Positions 1 to 6,500 of a stretch of DNA of 24,865 nt are shown here, in pieces. A model generated the notes under the pieces. It was given only the letters and a program-made list of their open reading frames with translations, ran no database searches and was not told the DNA's origin. The stretch is taken from the NCBI GenBank assembly GCA_038124075.1, contig JAYPBG010000004.1, forward strand, positions 4,173 through 29,037, in the 5' to 3' direction. Each line of letters starts with the position of its first letter. Positions within the stretch are counted from its first letter, which is position 1. Made by a program: the position numbers and the translations under genes. Source of the stretch: Gammaproteobacteria bacterium. Lineage in GTDB: Bacteria; Pseudomonadota; Gammaproteobacteria; Pseudomonadales; JAYPBG01.

Positions 1-399
1 ACCCTATCCATAACATCAAGTGACGGTCGTGCCATGGGTACCTTGGCTTCGTACCAGTTCGATGATGAAGGTCTCTTAACGCTGAACTACTCCAATGGCG
101 AAACCATCGACGGACCCAAGATTGCACTGGCCTCCATTCTCAATTTAAATACATTGGTGGCTTCCAGTGACACGCTGTTCCAAGCGAGCGACGCCACTGA
201 ATTTCAATTGGGCTACGCGCAAGAACAGGGGCTTGGCCGAATCGAACCTAACGCGATTGAGCTTTCCAACGTTGAGCTCTCTAAAGAGTTTTCCGACATC
301 ATCGTTGTACAGCGCGGCTATCAAGCCACCTCGCAAGTACTCTCTGTCACCAATGAGATGATCGAAACCCTATATAACACGATAGGGGGCGGCCGCTAG
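1..399 (+). CDS. flgE: Flagellar hook/basal-body rod family protein (FlgE-like), C-terminal part; 5' end lies outside the window
   Basis: Frame is open from base 1 (TLSITSSDGRAM...). Ends in the conserved hook/rod C-terminal helix ELSNVELSKEFSDIIVVQRGYQATSQVLSVTNEMIETL, preceded by the G-x-G-x-I-x-x-x-A-I-E-L-S-N-V motif. FlgE is preferred over FlgG, but the missing N-terminus prevents certainty. Confidence 0.8.
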   Translation, partial: TLSITSSDGRAMGTLASYQFDDEGLLTLNYSNGETIDGPKIALASILNLNTLVASSDTLFQASDATEFQLGYAQEQGLGRIEPNAIELSNVELSKEFSDIIVVQRGYQATSQVLSVTNEMIETLYNTIGGGR

Positions 400-1082
400 T
401 GGATCCTTCAAGCGGAATTAATATCGATTTTACCGACTTTAATAAAGAGCCTACACAGTTGGCCAATTCCATTCAGATCCTTCTGATCTTAACGGCCCTC
501 AGTCTTGCACCGGCGATGCTGATTGTACTCTCTTCATTTACACGCATTATTATCGTTCTATCGATGCTGCGCCACGCCTTCGGTATGCAGCAGACTCCGC
601 CCAACGTGGTGCTGATCAGTTTAGCGCTTTTTTTAACCCTCTTCTCTATGTCACCCGTGCTCGATGAGATGGGCACCATTGCTCTTAACCCTCTTAAACA
701 GGGTGAGATCACCACGTTAGAAGCCGGTGAGCGTGCCCTTGTACCGCTCAGAGCCTTTATGCTGAAGCACACGCGTGAAAAAGATCTGGCGTTAATTCTT
801 GAGGTCGCCAAACAGCCTCAACCCAACAGTCCGGACGACATCAAAACCACCCATCTGATTCCCGCGTTTATGTTGAGTGAGTTACAAACCGCATTCCAGA
901 TTGGGTTTGTCATTTTTCTCCCTTTTCTGGTCATCGATCTCATCGTTGCAGCCATATTAATGTCGATGGGTATGATTATGGTGCCCCCATTAACCATTTC
1001 CCTTCCGATTAAAATTTTAGTCTTTGTGCTTATTGAAGGCTGGGCACTGATATCACACGCATTAATTGGGAGTTTTTTTTAG
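399..1082 (+). CDS. fliP: Flagellar type III export gate protein FliP (227 aa, no N-terminal signal peptide)
   Basis: Hallmark FliP motifs SFTRIIIVLSMLRHAFGMQQTPPNVVLISLALFLT, KHTREKDLAL, LIPAFMLSELQTAFQIGF and MGMIMVPPLTISLPIKILVFVLIEGW. GTG start overlaps the flgE TAG (TAGTG). G-rich RBS AGGGGG at 384-389. Confidence 0.96.
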   Translation: MDPSSGINIDFTDFNKEPTQLANSIQILLILTALSLAPAMLIVLSSFTRIIIVLSMLRHAFGMQQTPPNVVLISLALFLTLFSMSPVLDEMGTIALNPLKQGEITTLEAGERALVPLRAFMLKHTREKDLALILEVAKQPQPNSPDDIKTTHLIPAFMLSELQTAFQIGFVIFLPFLVIDLIVAAILMSMGMIMVPPLTISLPIKILVFVLIEGWALISHALIGSFF

Positions 1083-1138
1083 ATGGCCATTGACCATGGC
1101 GTAGTGGCCGCATAGAATCGACCCCCTTAATCAATCCT

Positions 1139-1157
1139 ACGCTAAGACACGCTAAGA
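1139..1157. promoter_or_regulatory. Tandem 9-bp direct repeat ACGCTAAGA (10-bp period), possible regulator binding site
   Basis: ACGCTAAGA at 1139-1147 and 1149-1157, intergenic, upstream of the secreted-protein genes. Confidence 0.3.
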
Positions 1158-1260
1158 TGACGGCCAACAATTGGAGGGATGCGCAGTGCGAATTGAAGCC
1201 GGTGAAAATGATATTAACACGTTACACACCACAACAACGTATACACACCTCATATCAAGT

Positions 1261-1641
1261 ATGAACCCTATATCAACACTTAAGCGTACAGCCTCACGAG
1301 CCCTCACGTTTTTAACCAGTTTATCCAGCGCAACCCTTTTAGTTACCACCACAATTGCCACAACAGCACACGCAGGGTGGAGCACCTTTGGACAGCTATC
1401 AGAGGTTCAACCAAACCCTCGTCATGCCGGTATCCTAGTCGGCCATGAGCGCTCCACCAACTCAGATTGGGGCGGTTGCAACAATAATGACTATTTCATT
1501 CTTTCGCAGAGCAACGCCTTCTATCAACCAATGCAGTCACTGATCACCAGCAGCTTCTTAAATGATACCGAAGTCGATCTCTATGTTGAAGGTTGCTTGA
1601 GCGGTTACCCAGAAATTAAAAAAGTAAAAGTTCAGCAGTGA
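1261..1641 (+). CDS. Small secreted protein (about 88-aa mature chain), C-x38-C, AB5-toxin B-subunit/OB-fold-like
   Basis: ATG 1261 gives a Sec-type leader ending AHA|G; the ORF track's TTG 1171 start adds a non-signal-like extension. Cys codons at 1477 and 1594. MQSLITSSFLNDTEVDLYVEGC aligns without gaps to Shiga toxin B [22 protein letters not shown] (recalled sequence). Confidence 0.75.
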   Translation: MNPISTLKRTASRALTFLTSLSSATLLVTTTIATTAHAGWSTFGQLSEVQPNPRHAGILVGHERSTNSDWGGCNNNDYFILSQSNAFYQPMQSLITSSFLNDTEVDLYVEGCLSGYPEIKKVKVQQ

Positions 1642-1643
1642 CA

Positions 1644-1670
1644 CAGCATGAATATGACTCATTCATGCTG
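1644..1670 (+). terminator. Perfect 10-bp stem-loop just after the stop codon (terminator or mRNA-stabilising hairpin)
   Basis: CAGCATGAAT (1644-1653) / ATTCATGCTG (1661-1670) with a 7-nt loop. No adjacent U-tract, so function is uncertain. Confidence 0.45.
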
Positions 1671-1775
1671 AATACCCATATTCAATACTCTTTTTAACAT
1701 TTTATTTACATGCATTTGATCCATCTTGTAACAGGCAGGCCGTGACCCTCTACGCTGCCTACGAGGACTGTATTC

Positions 1776-2648
1776 GTGAAATTGCTTCGACAAATAAATA
1801 CGCACACCCTATCCGTAATGGGTCTCATCACCGCACTCATCAGCACACCCAGCGTCGCGATCGACTGGGAAAGAGAGGATTATCAGTTCTATTCAGGTGA
1901 TTACGACAACAATGGCACAACCGATTTAGTGATTAAACCTGCCCCCCGCATTTTGATCATCCATGGCGATGTGGCCATCCCCATCGACATCAGTACCGAA
2001 AGTTACCTTGTCACCCCAACCACCGTCGATGGGGATGGCCAGTTTAATGTGGACCGCACCGTTGTCACCAGCAGCTGGAGCCAAAATTACACGCCGCTCT
2101 ATGCCGATTTTGATGGTGATGGTCACCAAGATGCTTTGCTGCAACCCAACGCCACGGGCGACGCGCTTCTCATTTACGGTGGTGACCTGAGCAGCATCGC
2201 CATAGATCAGAAACTGGGTGCGGCTCAATTTGGGCTTGATCTTACGAAAGAGCATGTTTCATTAAGCACATCGGATCTCAATAACGATGGAAAACTCGAC
2301 CTCATCGTCACTGAGCCAGGCGGCCCCAGCATGGTCATCTACATGAGTGACAGCGGCTTCCAACCGGTTGACAATAAATACAGCGAATCAGGCAATATCA
2401 CAGAACTGCTGGTAGACAGCTCATCCAACTCGGTCTTCATCAAACATGACGGCTTCTCCTCGTTTGCCTGGAGCTGCCCAGACCAAACATACGCCATTCT
2501 CTCGCCATCGAGCACCATGTTTAATGAGATCTATTTCCAACTGGTCTCCGCCCAAGCCTCTGGCAGCTTTATCGACCTTCATATTCGTGGCTGCAGCAAC
2601 ACCCAACCAAGCCGCCCCATCGTCACGCACACACGGATCCAAAAGTAG
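1776..2648 (+). CDS. Secreted FG-GAP/VCBS-repeat protein with a C-terminal C-x38-C domain paralogous to 1261..1641
   Basis: GTG start with GAGGA RBS. Signal peptide ending SVA|I. Three Ca-binding FG-GAP-type motifs: GDYDNNGTTDLVI, ADFDGDGHQDALL and SDLNNDGKLDLIV. C-terminal Cys codons at 2475 and 2592. Confidence 0.85.
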   Translation: MKLLRQINTHTLSVMGLITALISTPSVAIDWEREDYQFYSGDYDNNGTTDLVIKPAPRILIIHGDVAIPIDISTESYLVTPTTVDGDGQFNVDRTVVTSSWSQNYTPLYADFDGDGHQDALLQPNATGDALLIYGGDLSSIAIDQKLGAAQFGLDLTKEHVSLSTSDLNNDGKLDLIVTEPGGPSMVIYMSDSGFQPVDNKYSESGNITELLVDSSSNSVFIKHDGFSSFAWSCPDQTYAILSPSSTMFNEIYFQLVSAQASGSFIDLHIRGCSNTQPSRPIVTHTRIQK

Positions 2649-2668
2649 GGTCTCTGAAGAGCTTAAAC

Positions 2669-2696
2669 ATAAGAGATAAGAGATAAGAGATAAGAG
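2669..2696. repeat. Heptanucleotide tandem repeat (ATAAGAG)x4
   Basis: Four exact ATAAGAG units ending 19 bp upstream of the lipoprotein ATG. Confidence 0.9.
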
Positions 2697-2715
2697 AACA
2701 GGGTTACACAATACG

Positions 2716-2946
2716 ATGAAACAAGTACTGAGATCACAATCGCCTTTTTTCTTAAACATCCGTCAAAAAGCCGTGCTGCTGTCACTGCTTATCACCCTCA
2801 CCGCCTGCAGTGGTGGTGGCAGCGATGGAAACGCTGGTGCCGATCAGAGCGATGCGAGCAACAGCCAAGCCACTTCAAAAAACAACCCTAACCACCTGAC
2901 TTGGGATTCAGATAATAATCACTGGGACAGCGCTGATTGGGAATAG
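2716..2946 (+). CDS. Small lipoprotein with a Gly/Ser/Asn linker and a C-terminal W-x6-W-x4-W motif
   Basis: Basic n-region, hydrophobic h-region and lipobox LTA|C (Cys31, Ser at +2). Low-complexity linker, then HLTWDSDNNHWDSADWE-stop. Confidence 0.8.
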   Translation: MKQVLRSQSPFFLNIRQKAVLLSLLITLTACSGGGSDGNAGADQSDASNSQATSKNNPNHLTWDSDNNHWDSADWE

Positions 2947-3004
2947 CGCTGTCGCCCGTTTTAATTTCCCCTCACTGTACCTGACAGTATAGAAACAGAG
3001 ATAG

Positions 3005-3035
3005 ATACACATACACACATACACACATACATACA
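3005..3035. repeat. Alternating purine-pyrimidine microsatellite-like tract (ATAC/ATACAC/ATACACAC units)
   Basis: ATACAC-ATACACAC-ATACACAC-ATAC-ATAC-A, 31 bp of strict R/Y alternation, upstream of the RBS at 3047. Confidence 0.85.
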
Positions 3036-3056
3036 AATAAAGTTTTGGAGTCCACT

Positions 3057-3470
3057 ATGAAATCAACTGCCTCTTTAAAAAGCCTTCTTATTGCCGCGAC
3101 CCTTTTAGGCATGACAAGCCACGGCAACGCCGAAGCCATATCCCTCCCCCACGCATTCGAATCAGGCACAACGGCCAAAGCCGCCGAAGTCAACGCCAAT
3201 TTCACCACATTGATGGACGAGAGCAACCGACAGAATCAGCGCATCACAGAGCTGGAAGCCAGCGTTGCAGAGACCTTGGCCGCGACCGAGCAGATGGTGT
3301 GCGAATCCTCTTACCTCGTTATTCGTCAAACCGAAGAGCTGAAATGCCAAACAGAAACCGAGCATAAAACGTATTACACCTTAAAAGAGATCTTTGCTGA
3401 GGGGTGGAAAATGATCTCTGTTGGCGGTACTGGCGATGCAAACCGATCGCTCTTCCTTTTCCACCGTTAA
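3057..3470 (+). CDS. Secreted protein with an N-terminal F-x-x-G-T-x-A-x-A-x-E-V-N-A-N-F motif, a coiled coil and a small C-terminal alpha/beta domain
   Basis: GGAG RBS at 3047-3050 favours ATG 3057 over TTG 3045. Signal peptide, then LPHAFESGTTAKAAEVNANF, heptad segment LMDESNRQNQRITELEASVAETLA, a Cys pair, and LKEIFAEGWKMISVGG...LFLFHR (reminiscent of DUF4177-type domains). Confidence 0.75.
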   Translation: MKSTASLKSLLIAATLLGMTSHGNAEAISLPHAFESGTTAKAAEVNANFTTLMDESNRQNQRITELEASVAETLAATEQMVCESSYLVIRQTEELKCQTETEHKTYYTLKEIFAEGWKMISVGGTGDANRSLFLFHR

Positions 3471-3481
3471 TAAGCACCGCC

Positions 3482-3525
3482 AGTCATACGGTAACTTAGT
3501 CATACGGTAATAAAGCACTCATACG
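3482..3525. promoter_or_regulatory. Direct repeats AGTCATACGGTAA x2 plus a third TCATACG core upstream of the giant gene
   Basis: Exact 13-mers at 3482-3494 and 3498-3510; TCATACG again at 3519-3525. Confidence 0.5.
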
Positions 3526-3584
3526 ATTTTATTTTCCTAGGCCCATAGCGAGGGGCCTCTCTAAAGGACGCAGGATACAATTTT

Positions 3585-6500
3585 ATGACCCAGATCATCA
3601 GCTCAGAAGGCTTAGGACTACTCGGCAGCACACTTAATCTTGACAGCAACAGTCAATCACGCGTTGGTCAGAACCCCTCGACCAGCCATGTTAATGTCGC
3701 CACCGGTAACCTTGTACTTACTCGACACGATGAGGTCATCGCCGCCCAAGGCCAACATCGATCACTGGTCTCTACCTACAACAGCCGTGCCGAACTGAAT
3801 GGCCGCACCGCGTTTCAGTTCAACTTTGAACAACGCCTTGTTCTCGGCAGTGGCACACCCAACAGCACCCACCACCAGATCTCGCGCATCTCGGCAGACG
3901 GCACACAAACCACCTTCACGTACGACAGCTCAGACGGTCTCTACCACACCACCGATGGCAGCGGTGCCCACGACACCTTAGAGTACCGATCCAATGATGC
4001 ACTGCCCTGGGTCTATACCGAAGGCAGCAGCCGCTATCAAGAGCACTACGATGCCAACGGCCTTCTTGTGCAAATTAGCGATCTGGACCATGACGGGATC
4101 ACCACCCTCACCTATGTGGATGGTAAAGTCTCCACCATCACCGATGCCTCCAATCAAGTCACCACACTGGTATACAGCAATGGACGTGTCAGCGCTGTCA
4201 ACACAGCCACCCAAGACGGTCAAGGCAACACGATAGAAGCCACTCAGGTTAAATATGAATATGATGCACACAACCGCCTGCATAAAGTGCACATTGATTT
4301 AACGCCTGAGAATCAAAGTGACAACCAGGTCTACTCGACCACCTACACCTACGACGGCAACAGTGAGCGCATCGCCTCCATCACACAGAGTGACGGCAGC
4401 ACCGTCGCCTACCGCTATGACAGCCTTCAGCGTCTAGAACGCCAAATCGTGGGCACAGGATCCGATCAACGGGTCACCCGCTATGTCTATGGCACGCAAC
4501 AGACTGAAATCATCCATGTCATCAACAGCAACACCGACAGCGGACCTAGAACCCTTGTCCAATATGACAGCCAACACCGCATCACTGAGATCACCACCCC
4601 AGCCGATATCAACGGCTTAACATCAACCACCTCTTACACCTACGACAGCGATGACAATGTGATTGCGGTCACCGATGCTGCAGGCAGTACGATAAGCCGA
4701 AGGTACGACGCAGACGGCAACATGATCGAAGAGCAAAATGAGCTGGGCGAAACCGTTACTTTTCAATACGACGATCAAAACCGCTTAATCGAGCAGACCC
4801 ACTATAAAGACCGTGACAGCGACGGCATCAACGGCAGCGCAACCCCAAACAATGGCAGCAGCCAGCACTTTATCTATGATCAAAATGGCCTGCGCTTTAC
4901 TGTGAGTCACACAGGCCAAGTCAACGAGTCCCGCTACAATGAGCTGGGCCAGATGACGCAGAGTTGGGGGTATACCGCGCACTATACCGGTACGCATATG
5001 ACACTCGCTGACCTGCTCAGCTGGAGCCACGATCACCGTGACGCCCTCACTCAACGCAGTGAACACCGCTACGATTTTCGCGGTCAACTGCGTCAAACCA
5101 CTCACTTTACCGAACTGAATGATGACGGCTCGCCCATCCGAGAGAGCGGCCTGACACAGCACTTCACCTATGATCTGCACGGGCAGCTGCTTAAGAGCAT
5201 CGATGCCAAAGGCAACGAAACCACCTACACCTATGACGGCATGGGCCGTCTACTCACCACCGTCAACGCTAAAGCTCAGACAGCAAGCAACGTGACCTAC
5301 GACGACGCCAACCAACGGGTCATCACTGCACATCTGGGCGATCTACACACAGTGACGGTCACCAACAGCGCCGGTGTTGTTACCAGCCGCCAACAGGTTG
5401 AGACCAGCACCCAGAGCAGCGACGGCACAACACACTACCTCTATGACACGTTGGGGCGCCAAGTGGTCGTCACCGACCCATCCGGCATCAGCCAATACAC
5501 ACTCTACGATGATCTTAATCGCGTATTAGCAACCGTGAATGGCCATGGAGAGGTGACCGAGTTTCGATACGATGCTGCAGGCCGCGTCGTAGAGACGGTT
5601 CAGTACGCCAACCAGAAAGCCTTACCGACCGATTTTAAAACAACGATCAGCACCATCACCGATCTAGCCTCTCTGTTTTACGCCACCGTGCAGCCCAGCC
5701 AACACGCCGATGATCGATATACAGCGACCTACTATGATGATGCCGGGCGCATCGCAGGCACTCAAGATGGCCATGGCGCGCTGGTTGAGTACCGCTATGA
5801 CGGTGCGGGCAACCTTGTCGAAACGATTGCCTACAGCAATATTGCTGAGATCCGCTCAGACTATGATGCGAACCGCACGTTTGATCAAGCGGCTTTCGAT
5901 ACGCTCGTACATTCGATCGTTAAAGAGAGCGCCCATGATCGACACACCTACTCTATTTATGATGCCTCGGGCAAGATGCTCGCCAGCGTCGACGGTGAAG
6001 GCTATCTGACGGAGTACCAATACAGCGGTACAGGACAGCAGACAACCGTTATTCAATACAGTGACAAAGCGAAGGCTGTAGCCGACCTATCCAATAAGCT
6101 GTTAACGCAGAGCGGACACGCGCTTGTTGCACAGCTTAAGCCGTCACAAACAACCGATCAAGCCGCACTGAACCGCCCGACGTTCTATGCATACAACGAT
6201 CTAGGGCAGTTAACCGCTGAGCTGAACCCTGAGGGCGCGCTGACGGAGTATCGCTATGATGCAAATGGGCACATGACTCAGCAGACGACCTATGCGACCT
6301 TGATCCCACAGACGGTGGGCCCGTTCGATCTTGAGAATGATCGACCCAATGCCACAGCCGCTGACCAGACAACACGTTATTACTACAATGAGCTGAACCA
6401 GTTAGTCACTGAGATCACGCCGTTGGGTCAAGTGACTGAGTATCACTATACAGATGCTGGCCAGGTTTCGAACCAGATTACCTATGCGACAGCGCTAGAC

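Noticed and set aside
1083-1260. Expected fliQ after fliP
   Set aside because: The gap is only about 180 bp, too short for an 89-aa FliQ, and no hydrophobic FliQ-like ORF is present.
1171-1260. TTG start at 1171 for the B-subunit-like gene (and TTG 3045 for the 3057 gene)
   Set aside because: The extensions bury the signal peptides. ATG 1261 and ATG 3057 (with GGAG RBS) give normal leaders.
473-2759. Antisense or alternate-frame ORFs 473..811, 1152..1385, 1926..2255, 1963..2190 and 2421..2759
   Set aside because: They lie over well-supported genes, have no motifs, and are explained as codon-bias shadows.
1083-3584. Sigma28 or sigma54 promoters linking the accessory genes to a flagellar regulon
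   Set aside because: I found no TAAA-N15-GCCGATAA or TGGCAC-N5-TTGC match by eye. A PWM scan would be needed.
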